A stretch of DNA of 46,422 bases from Chiloscyllium plagiosum (lineage: Eukaryota): positions 17,545,843 through 17,592,264 of the forward strand of contig NC_057749.1 in assembly GCF_004010195.1 (NCBI RefSeq). The letters are read 5' to 3'. Under the pieces are notes generated by a model. The model was not told where the DNA came from, did no database searches, and saw only the letters and a program-made list of their open reading frames with translations. Both the position numbers and the translations under genes were made by a program. Shown here in pieces: positions 1 through 11,087 of the stretch; within the stretch, counting starts at the first letter, position 1; each line of letters opens with the position of its first letter.

Positions 1-324
1 TCAGGCTTGCATCCTTCCTGATGGACTCGGCAGATGGCTCTATGCAGCACACAAACAAGGCAGGAGAGAGGGGGCAGCCCTGCCTGACTCCAGATCTGAC
101 TGGGAAGCTATCTGATTCCCACCCATTGATTGAGACTGCACTGACAATGTTGGTGTAGAGCAGTCTGATCCAATTGCAGATTCCCTCCCCAAAGCCCATT
201 TTGGAGAGAACATCTCTCATATACGTGTGTGATATCCTGTCAAAGGCTTTCTCCTGGTCCAGGCTGATCAGGCAGGTGTCCAACCCTCTGTCCTGCACGT
301 AGGCAATCATATCCCTGAGGAGTG
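1..324 (-). mobile_element. Tx1/L1-clade LINE reverse transcriptase fragment (runs off window start)
   Basis: Manual minus-strand translation gives LLRDMIAYVQDRGLDTCLISLDQEKAFDRISHTYMRDVLSKMGFGEGICNWIRLLY...SGVRQGCPLSPALF, i.e. the LDxEKAFD and GVRQGCPLSP motifs of L1/Tx1 RTs. Confidence 0.9.
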
Positions 325-1228
325 TGTCAGCCTAGCTCCTGAAGAACATAACTTTCCTCTTGGTCTCAGAATAGTCTTTGTCCTGCTGATCATGGAGCTG
401 TTGCCAGACAATCTGCTCTTCAGTGCAGGTGACTGCTTCCAGGCTCTAATGTATGCGCCAAAATGATGCCTCTCCCTCTCAGTCACCCTCTGCTGGATTC
501 CTTCATTGTAAATTGGACGATAAGGTATTGGATTGTCTTTAGAAAACAGAAGTGATTAGCCAGTTTTCCGTTCTGTTCCCTTGACAATTGCCACTGATTT
601 CTCCTTCCCTTTGAACTTTTCGGTTACATTCACGTTAGCTTCGCTTGTCTATTTTTCTTTAATGGGATGAAAATTTATAATATGAAAGTAATTTGTTTTT
701 CTCCCTTCCATTTAAAATTACTTGTTCAAAGCTGATCCTTAGAATCAAAGTAATTTTTAATATTAAATTCTTTTGAAGTCCGCAGCAGAGCTCTTCATGA
801 TGTCACCTTTCAGAAATGTCTGTCTTGCTAACAGTGGAAGCTTGCTGTAGTTCATAAACTTGTTATTTGATGGATTTGTCAACTAAACAGTCAGACAAAC
901 TTGCCGAGGTAATTAGCACACAAGGTAAAGTGGCTGAGAGATCTAATCATTAATTGGTTTTAGTTTTTTGCTGTGGCGTTCTGTACTTCTGCTTTTTGGT
1001 ATTTACAGAATACTGTCCACTAATTGTTTAGATGCTGCAAATGTGAAATTTTGTACTTTTCCATAATACTTCAGTTAAGGATTCTGAGTTGCTTCATACA
1101 CTCATTCCCTCCAGATAATCCTTTAGTGTATGTCAAACATTACTTGTTTGGTTATGAAATTATGGAATTAGTAATCTATTTGTCACAAGTCCAAAACTAA
1201 AGCTGCAATATTGTCTACTTTGCAAATA

Positions 1229-1753
1229 AATAGGCTGGGACTATTTCCCTTGGAGCGTCGGAGGCTGAGAGGTGACCTTATAAAGGTTTATAAAATCATG
1301 AGGGACATGGATAGGATAAATAGACAAAGTCTTTTCCCCGGGGTGGGGGAGTCCAGAACTAGAGGGCATAGGTTTAGGGTGAGAGGGGAAAGGTTTAAAA
1401 GGGACTGAAGGTGCAACTTTTTCATGCAGAGGGTGGTGTGTGTAAGGAATAAGCTGCCAGAGGAAGTGGTGGAGGCTGGTACAATTACACCATTTAAAAG
1501 GCATCCGGATAGGTATATGAATAGGAAGGGTTTGGAGGGATATGGGTTGACAATGTGGTGCTGGAAAAGCACAGCCGACCAGGCAGCATCTGAGGAGCAG
1601 GAGAATCAACGTTTGAGCATAGACACTTCATCAGGAATGAGGCTAGATGGATATGGGCCAATCCCTGGCAAATGGGACTAGGTTAGGTTAGGATATCTTG
1701 TTGGCATGGACGAGTTGGACCCAAAGGGTCTGTTTCCATGCTGTATGACTCTA
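1229..1753 (+). mobile_element. CR1 LINE 3' end, interrupted by a Penelope-derived insert
   Basis: ORF2 C-terminus RLGLFPLERRRLRGDLIKVYKIM...RTRGHRF; 3' tail aagggtctgtttccatgctgtatgactcta. Confidence 0.9.
1547..1648 (-). mobile_element. Penelope-like pLTR fragment with decayed hammerhead motif
   Basis: Homologous to the 3' module at 27966-28060 (reverse strand); flanked by ggatatggg at 1538-1546 and 1649-1657. Confidence 0.75.
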
Positions 1754-1761
1754 ATACCAAC

Positions 1762-2349
1762 AAGTGACCTTATAGAGGTTTATAAAACCATGAGGGGCAT
1801 GGATAGGGTAAATAGACAAGGTATTTTCCCTGGGGTAGGGGAGTCCAGAACTAGAGGGCATAGGTTTAGGGTGAGACTGGAAAAATGTAGAAGGGACCTA
1901 AGGGGCAATGCTTTCATGCAGAGGGTGCTATGTGTATGGAATGAGCTGCCAGAGGAAGTGGTGGACAAGCAGGAGGCTGGAAGAATACAGCAAGCAAGGC
2001 AGCACCCTCAGAGTCCTAATGAAGGGTTATACCCAAAACATTGACTTCTCCACCTTCTGATTCTACCTGGCTTGCTGAGTTCTTCCAGTCTCTTGCTTGT
2101 CTACCTTGGATTCCAGCACCTGCAGTTTTTTGTCTCTAGCTAGAGAAAATGGTGGAGGCTGGTACAATTACAACATTTAAAAGGCATCTGGAGGGATATA
2201 GGAGTAGGAAGGGGTTTAGAGGGATATGGGCCAAGTGCTGGCAAATGGGAATAGATTAAGTTAGGATGTCTGGTCAGCATGGACAAGTTGGACTGAAGGG
2301 TCTGTTTCCATGCTGTACGTCTCTATGACTCTATAACACTATGACTCTA
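1762..2349 (+). mobile_element. CR1 LINE 3' end, interrupted by a fold-back Penelope insert
   Basis: DLIEVYKTMRGMDRVN...WNELPEEVV; tail ending in ctctatgactcta repeats. Confidence 0.9.
1966..2138 (+). mobile_element. Fold-back Penelope-derived mini-element
   Basis: 5' part (caagcaggaggctggaagaa...) is the reverse complement of 2060-2100; decayed core ctaatga-aggg..ccc-aaaac at about 2016-2040; degenerate 18-bp TSD 1948-1965 / 2139-2156. Confidence 0.75.
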
Positions 2350-2419
2350 ATTACAACTGCACTGCAGTGTGAGATGTGTAACCTCTTCCATTGATCGTGA
2401 ATTCTTACATTTACTGCTA

Positions 2420-4832
2420 TTGGAAGGATGTTGTGGAACCTCAAAGGGTTCAGAAAAGATTTTCAAGAATGTTGCCAGGGTTGGAGGGTTTGGAGGTATG
2501 GGGGAGAGGCTGGGGCTATTTTCCCTGGAATGTCGGACGCTGAGGGGTGACCCTTCTAACGGGAAACTAGAAGATTGGGAAAGCTTTAAAGGTCAACATA
2601 AATCCCCAAAAAGAGCTAGAAAGAAAAGTAAGATAGAACATGAGAAAAAACTAGCACAGAATGTAAAAGCAGATAGCAAAAGTTTCTATAAATATATAAA
2701 ACAAAAAAGAGTGGTTAATGTCAACATTGGTCCTTCAGAGGATGAGAAGGGGCAGTTAGTCATGGGATATGAGGAAATTGCCGAGGCATTGAACAAGTAC
2801 TTTGTATCGGTCTTCACAGTGGAGAACACAAATAACATGCCAGTAATTGACAAGGAGACAAAGGGAGGTGAGGACCTGGAAACAATCATTATTAAGGAAG
2901 AGGTAATATTGGCCAAGCTAATGGAGCTAAGATAGACAAGTCTCTTGGTCCTGATGGAATGCATCCCAGGGTACTAAAGAAATGGCAGGAGAAATAGCAA
3001 GTGGTAAATTTCCAAAATTCACTGGACTCTGGGCATGTTCCAGCAGACTGGAAAACAGCAAGTGTTTAAAAGGGGAAGTAGACAAAAGATGGGGAATTAT
3101 ATTCAGTTAGCTTAACCTTTGTAGCGGGGAAGATGCTAGAGTCTATTATCAAGGAAGAAATACCAAGGCACCTCGATAGAAATTGTCCCTTCGGGCAGAC
3201 GCAGCATGGGTTCATGGAGGGCAGGTCATGCTGAACAAATCTTCTGGAATTCTATGAAGACATTACAAGCACGGTGGGCAACAGGAACCCAGTGGATGTG
3301 GTGTACCTAGATTTCCAAAAGGCATTTGACAAGGTGCCGCACAAGAGGCTGCTGCATGAGATAAAGATGCACAGTGTTACGGGTAAAGTATTAGCAAGGA
3401 CAGAGGATTGGCTGACTAACAGGAAGAAAAGAGTGGAGATACATGAGTGCTATTCTGGCCAGCAATCAGTAACTAGTGGTGTGCCTCAGGGATCAGTGTT
3501 GGGACTGCAATTAGACACAGTTTATATGGATGATTTGGAGTTGGGGACCACATGTAGTGTGTCAAACTTCTGCAGATGATACAAAGATGAATGGCACAGC
3601 AAAGTGTGCAGAGGACCCAGAAACTTTGTAGAAAAACAAATACTTTGAGTGGGCAAAGGGTCTAGCAGATGGGATACAATGTTAATAAATGTGAAGTCAT
3701 TCATTTTGGTAGGAGTAACAGTAAAAAGGATTGTTGCTTGAATGGTAAAAAGTTGCAGCATGCTGCAATGCAGAGGGACCTGGGTGTCCTTGTGCATGAA
3801 TCTCAGAAGATTGGTCTGCAGGTACAACAGGTAATTAGGAAGGCAAATGGAATTTTGTCCTTCATTGCTAAATGGATGAAGTTTTAAAGCAGGGATATTA
3901 TGTTGCAGCTGCACAGGGTGTTGGTGAGGCCACATCTGGAGTACTGCATGCAGTTTTGGTCTCCTTACTTGAGAAAGGATTAGTGGCACTACAGGGGGTG
4001 CAGAGGAGGTTCACTGGGTTGATTCCGGAAATTGATGGGGTTGGCTTATGAGGAAAGACTGAATAGATAGGGATTATATTCATTGGAATTTTGAAGAATG
4101 AGGGAGGATATTATAGAAACATATAAAATATTGAAGCAAATAGCGAAGATAGAAGTAGAGAGAGGATCTTTCACTGAGAACACAGCCTCAAGATTAGAGG
4201 AAGCAGATTTAGGACTGAATTGAGAAGGAACATCTTCACCCAGAGGGTTTTGAATCTGTGGAGTTCCCTGCCCAGTGAAGTGGTTGAGGCTTCCTCAGTA
4301 AGTGTTTTTACAGCTAAGACAGATAACTGTAACAGAATTAGGGGACATGGTGAGAGTGTAGGTAAGTGGAGCTGAGACCCTGAAAAGCTCAGCCATGATC
4401 TTATTGAACAGTGGAGTAGGTTTGAGGGGCCAGACAGCACACTCCTGCTCCTAGTTCTTATGTTTTTACAGAGGTTTATAAAATCATGAGGGGCATGGAT
4501 AGGGTAAATAGCCAAAGTTGTTTCCTTGGGTTGGGAAGTCCATAACTAGAGGGCGTAAGTTTAGGGTGAGTGGGGAAAGATTTAAAAGGGACCTAAGGGA
4601 CAACTGTTTCACGCAGAGGATGGTACGTGTATGGAATAAGCTGCCAGAGGATGTGGTGGAGGCTGGTACAATTGCAACATTTAAAAGGCATTTGGATGGG
4701 TATATGAATAAGAAGGGTTTGGAGGGATATGGGCCAAGTGCTGGCAGGTGGGACTAGATTAAGTTTGGTTATCTGGTTGGCATGGATGAGTTGGACTGAA
4801 GGGTCTGTGTCAATGCTGTTCAACTCTATGAT
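2420..4832 (+). mobile_element. CR1 3' fragment (2420-2553 plus 4468-4832) split by a second CR1
   Basis: [15 protein letters not shown] stops near 2553 and the expected continuation (gaggtttataaaatcatg, EVYKIM) resumes at about 4470. Confidence 0.8.
2556..4465 (+). mobile_element. Nested 5'-truncated CR1 LINE (ORF2 RT region and 3' UTR), frameshifted
   Basis: KSFYKYIK, LNKYFVSVFT, VDVVYLDFQKAFDKVPH, SGVPQGSVLG, NVNKCEVIHFG, QRDLGVLV motifs; tail ctcctgctcctagttcttatgtt. Confidence 0.92.
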
Positions 4833-6200
4833 TATACTTTGACAGAGGGTATAAATACAGATCACGAGCCTCCTTCACAACCTGATGTCAAAAGGCGCTT
4901 TGCCCCCTTTGTATGGGACTAGTGAATCCTATACTCTGTGCTGCAGCTCGGGTAGCAATGGTAATAGATTGTTAGTAGAGCCAACTCTGATTGGTTCAGT
5001 GCTCAGGTACAATTATGGTGAAAGCACTGGAGAAAACTGATTGATTCAGATTGGATTTATTTTCCCTTTGATTCTCTCTCTTGCGCAGGCTGCTGAGTTC
5101 CTGCTGGGCACTGACTATCCATGTGTTCATCTCCTTTTCTAAGGGGACCTCTTTCAGTTTGAGGCTAGACAGTGGTGTTGATTACTCATTTGATCTCGAG
5201 GGATCATCCGTTTATTCCTGCTGATTACCCAGAGAGAAATCCGGTCCTCACTGAATACACATTGCAGTCGGAATCACTGATAGTGTAGAGAGTCAGAATG
5301 GGAACTGGATAGTGTGACCCTATCGTGATGAGGAGCAGGGATGATACACTTACATTTGTACAATCACAATTTCCTTTTATCAATCGGTACAATATTTCCC
5401 ACAGGTTGTGTCGTGCTCCCGTCATTAAACTAAACATATTTTAATCACCAGCCAGGGAAACTTGAACTTTCCAATACTTGTTTTGATAAGCTGATAACAT
5501 TACTGGGATATTTGCCATGAGCACAATGCTATAAACATGCTCCATCGAGCATTTAAAATGACAGTACACCATCATAAAGCTTCTGAATAGCCTTGAAATG
5601 GCTATGTGAACTCATGAATAATACAATAAATTCCACTCTTCACAAACAACAGCACATCCCAGTGAATAAAGAGCTCATTTTATCCGATCAAGGGCAAAAC
5701 TGTTTACAGAATTAGTTATTTCCAAGCCACAAGAGTCACACTTTTCCATGAGGATTGAGTGCTTCTCTCTGAACTGGGTTTGACAGGAATCATATATCGA
5801 TGTGCTCTAACCCAGAAAGGCAAATCCTGCTGATCTGGCTGTCTGATATTCCCATTTCACATCATTCCATTTGAACAGTAAGCTGGACAAATGGATAGCT
5901 CACACCTTTTGGAATCTACCTTAAAATAAACAGCAGAGAGTTCTGAATGTGCTGAAGTCAGCTTCATCAATGACTAACATGTAATTAAACCCAAGTTTCG
6001 CAGGTTACATCTGAACACATGGTCAGCTATACCCATGGAAGATCTTTCATTCTCTTCCAGTGCATATTATTCAGCTGCTTTCCTCAGAATTACTTTAGAT
6101 TTAGAGGAAAACTTATGAATATGTGTGTTTAAAAAAGCAAGAGGTTTTGTGCATATCATTGAAGAAAATGAGAGAGATGCATACATTTTGTAGCTATTAT

Positions 6201-6285
6201 AGTCATAGAATCATTCAGTGCGGAAACAGACCCTTCAGCCCAACTTGTCCATGCTGACCATATTCCCAAACTAAATTAGTCCCAC
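6201..6285 (-). mobile_element. CR1 3' tail fragment
   Basis: Reverse complement of the atggacaagttgg..gaagggtctgtttcc..gactct tail seen at 2278-2349. Confidence 0.7.
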
Positions 6286-6300
6286 ATTGTTCTGTGGGCT

Positions 6301-7077
6301 AAAGACAGAAAGTGCTGGAAATCACAATGGGTCAGGCAGCATCGGTGACGAGAAGGCAAACTAACGTTTCTAGTTGAGATGACTCTTCCTCAGTGTGGGC
6401 ATTCCTCACAGAGATATGGCAGTGCATCAAAGCAGACCTTGGCAGGACTTATACACTTAATGGTAAGGTCCTAGGGAGTGTTGCTGAACAAAGAGACCTT
6501 GGAGTGCAGGTTCATAGCTCCTTGAAAGTGGAGTCGCAGGTAGATAGGATAGTGAAGAAGGCGTTTGGGATGCTTTCCTTTATTGGTCAGAGTATTGAGT
6601 ACAGGCGTTGGGAGGTCATGTTGCGGCTGTATTGGACATTGGTTAGGCCACTGTTGGAATATTGCGTGCAATTATGGTCTCCTTCCTATCGGAAGATGTT
6701 GTGAAACTTGAAAGGGTTCAGAAAAGGTATGGAATGAGCTGCCAGAGGATGTGGTGGAGGCTGGTACAAATGCAGCATTTAAGAGGCATTTGGATGGGTA
6801 TATGAAAAGGAAGGGTTTGGAGGGATATGGGCTGGGCGCTGGCAGGTGGGACTAGAGTGGGTTGAGATATCTGGTCGGCATAGATGAGTTGGACTGAAGG
6901 GTCTGTTTCCATGCTGTACATCTGTATGACTCTATGACAAATCTGAACTCTGAAGCGTCGTCTAGACTTGAAACATTAGCTTGCTCTCTCTCCACGGATG
7001 CTGCCTGACCAGCTGTGATCTCCAGCATTTGTTATTTTCAGTACAGATTCCAGCAGCTGCAATAATGTGCTCCTACT
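6301..7077. mobile_element. Older fold-back Penelope-derived element split by a CR1 insertion
   Basis: 6301-6390 (tgctggaaatcac..gggtcaggcagcatc..ctaacgtttc) is the approximate reverse complement of 6945-7040 (gaaacattagc..gatgctgcctgacc..gtgatctccagca). Confidence 0.65.
6427..6937 (+). mobile_element. CR1 3' fragment with internal deletion
   Basis: GRTYTLNGKVLGSVAEQRDLGVQVH...LVRPLLEYCVQLWSP, then a jump at about 6727 to WNELPE and the CR1 tail. Confidence 0.9.
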
Positions 7078-7194
7078 TTATTTTATGTTCTACGGTCTTC
7101 AGAAGTTAGTTAAAGAGAGAAAGAGTGTATCTTTGTTCATGGTAATGTGAGTTGAAGTTTGAAAATTCAAAACCTGTTTCAGTCTGAAGCTGGA

Positions 7195-7305
7195 CAGAAG
7201 TGGGTACTGCAGATGTTGGAGATTACAGTCAAGCTCAGAGTGGTGCTGGTGAAAGGCTTCCTGATGAAGGGCTTTCGCCCAAAACATCGATTTTCCTGCT
7301 GCTCA
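7195..7305. mobile_element. Penelope pLTR fold-back remnant with hammerhead motif
   Basis: ctgcagatgttgga..gtggtgctgg joined to CTGATGA(7261-7267)-agggctttcgccc-aaaacatcga. Confidence 0.7.
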
Positions 7306-7526
7306 ATCTGCAGCTGGCCAACATCCTCACTCCTGTTTCCCTTCAGTTATTCAGGATAACTGTCATAGTTACTGACACCAGTGAGACAGAGGGTGAGGGA
7401 GAGGACAGTGACAATAAAACATGTACTCCTTCTTCAGAACAAAGAAATCTTCAAATTTTAAAAATGAAGAAAGCACATTTGAGAGGGAGGAAGCCAGGTG
7501 AAGACAGGAAGACAGGTGAAGGTGAG

Positions 7527-7707
7527 GGAAACAGAAAACTGGAAAAACTCATCAGGTCTACAAAGGGAGAAACAGAGTTAATATTTTGAGTCAAATATGG
7601 TTCTTCTGAAGTTGTGATGAAGGGTCACTGGATTCAAAATGTTAACTGTTGCTTTCTCCACAGATGTGACTGGACCTGCTGAGTTTCTCCAACACCTTCA
7701 GATTGCA
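7527..7707. mobile_element. Decayed fold-back Penelope-derived element (stem II gggtc-actg-gaccc type)
   Basis: ggaaaaactcatcaggtc..agagttaatattttgagtc mirrored by gattcaaaatgttaactg..gacctgctgagtttctcc; decayed core tgatgaagggtcactggattcaaaa. Confidence 0.65.
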
Positions 7708-7894
7708 TGTTTCCCACACGTGGAGGATTTTGCTTTGGTTTGAAGATGTGGGAGCTCCTGTTGTTCACCACCTGCTCATGACGAAGGTGATTAGAAGTTG
7801 GAAGGTTAGATTGGTTGGTTACTGCTGAGATAAGTGACATTGGGGCTGGAGTGGTGACCTGAATGAGAAAGGCAATTCCCTCCCTAAGGGCATT

Positions 7895-8032
7895 GAGGGT
7901 CAACCCACAGCAGCTGGACTGCAGCGGTTCAAGAAGGCAGCTCACCCCCACCTTCTCAAGGGGCAACTAGGGACGGGCAATAAATGCTGGGCCCACACAG
8001 CGACACCCACATCCCATGAGAAAATTTTAAAA
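7895..8032 (+). mobile_element. CR1/L2-group LINE 3' tail
   Basis: ggactgcagcggttcaagaaggcagctcacc..gggcaataaatgctgg..cacatcccatg; the same tail is present inverted at 26580-26690, attached to RT sequence. Confidence 0.7.
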
Positions 8033-8389
8033 AGAGAGAAAAAGTGGAAGGGGACAGAGAGAGGAGCGAAAAGGTTAGAAGCAGAGGAGGATGAAGAGAA
8101 ACAGCAAAGGCAGCACACATTTGTAGGGAGAGAGGATATTCTCTGACCTACTATGCTCAATGCCCTGAGACATCAAACTAAATTTCTCTTAAAATTGGGC
8201 AGCGGATAACTCTGTGCTTGGACTTATTCCTACGTCCTGTCGGGGTGCAGTCATCCAAAAGTTCAATGAAGAAACACAGAACAAACACAGAATCCAAACC
8301 CTGGGACCCTCACTACCTCCTTTTCACAAAACGCCAAGCAGCCAGGTCCCTGGTAATGAGCCTGGCTCTGTGGCTCAGAAGGGAAGGGG

Positions 8390-8882
8390 AGAGAATAGGA
8401 GAGCAATAATGATAGGAAATTCAATGGTTAGAGGAACAGCCAGGAGATTCTGTGATTGTGAGTGAGACTCCCGGATGGTATGTTGCCTCCTGGGTGGCAG
8501 GGTCATGGGTGTCTCGGATCGAGTCTACAGGATTCTTAAGGGGGAGAGAGTCGTGGTACACATCAGTACCAATGACATAGGTATGGAAAGGGAGGAGGAG
8601 CTGAAAAGAGAATATAGGGAGTTAGGTTGGAAGCTAGAAGGCAGGACAAGCAGAGTAGTAATCTCAGGATTGCTAGCGGTGTCACGGGCTAGTGAGGCTA
8701 GGAACAGAGATCAAGTGCAGATGAACTGGTGTAGGAGGGAGAGTTTTAGATATGTGGATCATTGGGAGACCTTCTGGGGAACATGGGTCCTGTACACGAA
8801 GGGTGGGTTGCACCTGAACTGGAGGGGCACCAATATCCTGGGCAGGAGGTTTGCTACAGCTCTTCAGGAAGGTTTAAACTAG
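8390..8882 (+). pseudogene. CR1 ORF1 SGNH/GDSL esterase domain remnant
   Basis: AIMIGNSMVRG (GDS block), VVVHISTNDIG (GxND block), GLHLN (DxxH block); in-frame stop at 8463-8465. Confidence 0.8.
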
Positions 8883-10606
8883 ATTGGCGGAGGGAGGAGG
8901 TGGGGTGGGGTGGGGGTAGGAGACTGAGCATTTTAATTCAAGAAGTATCAGGAATAAGGGTGATGAATTTAGGGCATGGATCAGTACTTGGAACTATGAT
9001 GTTGTGGCCATTATGGAGACTTGGATATCACAGGGGGAGGAATGGTTGTTGCATGTTCCAGAGTTTCAAAAGAAATAGGGGGTGAGGGTGGCATTGCTAA
9101 TCAGGGATAGTATCACAGCTACAGAAAGGGATGTCGTTGAAGAGGGTTTGTCTACAGAGTCGCTATGGGTGGAGAAACAGGAAAGGAGCAGTCACTTTAC
9201 TGGGAGTTCTCTACAGACCCCCCAATAGCAACAGAGACATGGAGGAGCAGAATAGGAGGCAGATTTTGAAAAGGTGCAGAAGTAACAGGGTTGTTGTCAT
9301 GGGTGACTTCAACTTCCCTAATATTGTTTGGAATCTCCTTAGTTCAAATATTTTGGATGGAGCAGATTTTGTCAGGTGTGTCCAGGAAGGATTCCTGGCT
9401 CAATATGTGGATAGGCCGACTAGAGGGGAGGCCATATTGGATTTGGTACTTGGCAACGACCATGCCAGATGTCAGATCTCTCAGTGGGAGAGCACTTCGG
9501 TGATACTGATCACAGCTTCCTGACCTTCACTGTACTCACAGAGAGGGATAGCAGCAGACTGTATGGAAAAGGATTTAATTGGGGGAAGGGGGAATTACAA
9601 TGCTATCCAGCAGGAACTGGAGTGACTAAATTGGGAACAGATGTTCTCGGGGAAATGCACGGCAGAAATGTGGCGTTTGTTTAGGGAGCACTTGCGGATA
9701 GTGCTGGACATTCCCGCTAAGGGAAGGAAGGGATGGTAGGGTGAAGGAACCTTGGGTGACAAGGGATATGGAACGTCTAGTCAAGAGAAAGAAGGAAGCT
9801 TACTTAAGGTTGAGGAAGCAAGGATCAGACAAGGCTTTAGAGGGTTACAAGGTAGCCAGGAAGAAACTGAAGAATGGACTTAGGAGAGCTAGAAGGGGGC
9901 ATGAAAAAGTTTTAGCGGGTAGGATTAAGGAAAACTCTAAGGCATTTTGCACATATGTGAGGAACAAGAGTTTGGCCAGAGTGAGGGTAGGGCCAATCAG
10001 GGATAGTGGAGGGAACTGGCGCCTGGAGTTGGAGGAGGTAGGGGAGATCATTAATGAATAATTTGCTTTAGTATTCACTACTGAGAGGGACTTTGATGTT
10101 TCTGAGGACAACATGAAACAGGCTGATATGCTAGAACTGGCTGATGTTACGATGGAGAATGTGCTGAAAATTTTGAAAAACTTAGGGATAGATAAGTCCC
10201 CTGAACCAGACTGGATATACCCAAGGTTACTACAGGAAACGAGGGAAGAGATTTCTGTGCCTTTAGCAATGATCTTTGTGTCCTCGCTGGAGTAGTGCCA
10301 GATGATTGGAGAGTGACAAATATTTTTCCTTTGATCAAGATAAGGAATAGGAATAAACCTGGAAATTTCAGACCAGTCAGTCTTACGTCTATGGTGGGTG
10401 AAGTATTGGAAGGGATTCTGAGAGACAGGACTTATGATTACTTGGAAAACCATAGTATCAAGATAAGGAATAGGAATAAACCTGGAAATTTCAGACCAGT
10501 CAGTCTTACGTCCTGTCTCTCAGGGATTCTGAGAGACAGGACTTATGATTACTTGGAAAACCATAGTTTGGTTAGAGATAATCAGCATGACTTTGTGAGG
10601 GGAAGG

Positions 10607-11087
10607 TAGAAACAATGACTGCAGATGCTGGAAACCCAGAGTCTAGATTAGAGGTGCTGGAAGAGCACAGCAGTTCGGGCAGCATCAGAGGAGCAGTAAA
10701 ATTGACGTTTCAGGCAAAAGCCCTTCATCAGGAATACAGGCAGAGAGCCTGAAGGGTGGAGAGATAAGCTAGGGGAGGGTGGGGGTGGGGAGAGAGTAGC
10801 ATATTCATCTTCCCTTCCCCCACCTCACCTCAGTTCCAAACTTCCAGCTCAGCACTGTCCCCATGACCTGTCCTACCTGCCTATCTTCTTTTCCACCTAT
10901 CCACTCCACCCTCCTCCATGACCTATCACCTTCATCCCCTCTCCCACTCACCTATTGTACTCTATACTACTTTCTCCCCACCCCCACCCTCCTCTCATTT
11001 ATCTCTCCACCCTTCAGGCTCTCTGCCTGTATTCCTGATGAAGGGCATTTGCCCAAAACGTTGATTTTACTGCTCCTCGGATGGTAC
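10607..11087. mobile_element. Fold-back Penelope-derived element inserted in CR1 ORF2
   Basis: 10680-10800 is the reverse complement of 10965-11083; core CTGATGA at 11035-11041; 16-bp TSD ctttgtgagggg(a/c)agg at 10591-10606 / 11088-11103. Confidence 0.88.

Noticed and set aside
7200..7589. 129-aa ORF or exon after the acceptor-like ccttcag at 7347
   Set aside because: Both ends lie in Penelope remnants, the middle is low-complexity purine-rich sequence, and there is no recognisable domain.
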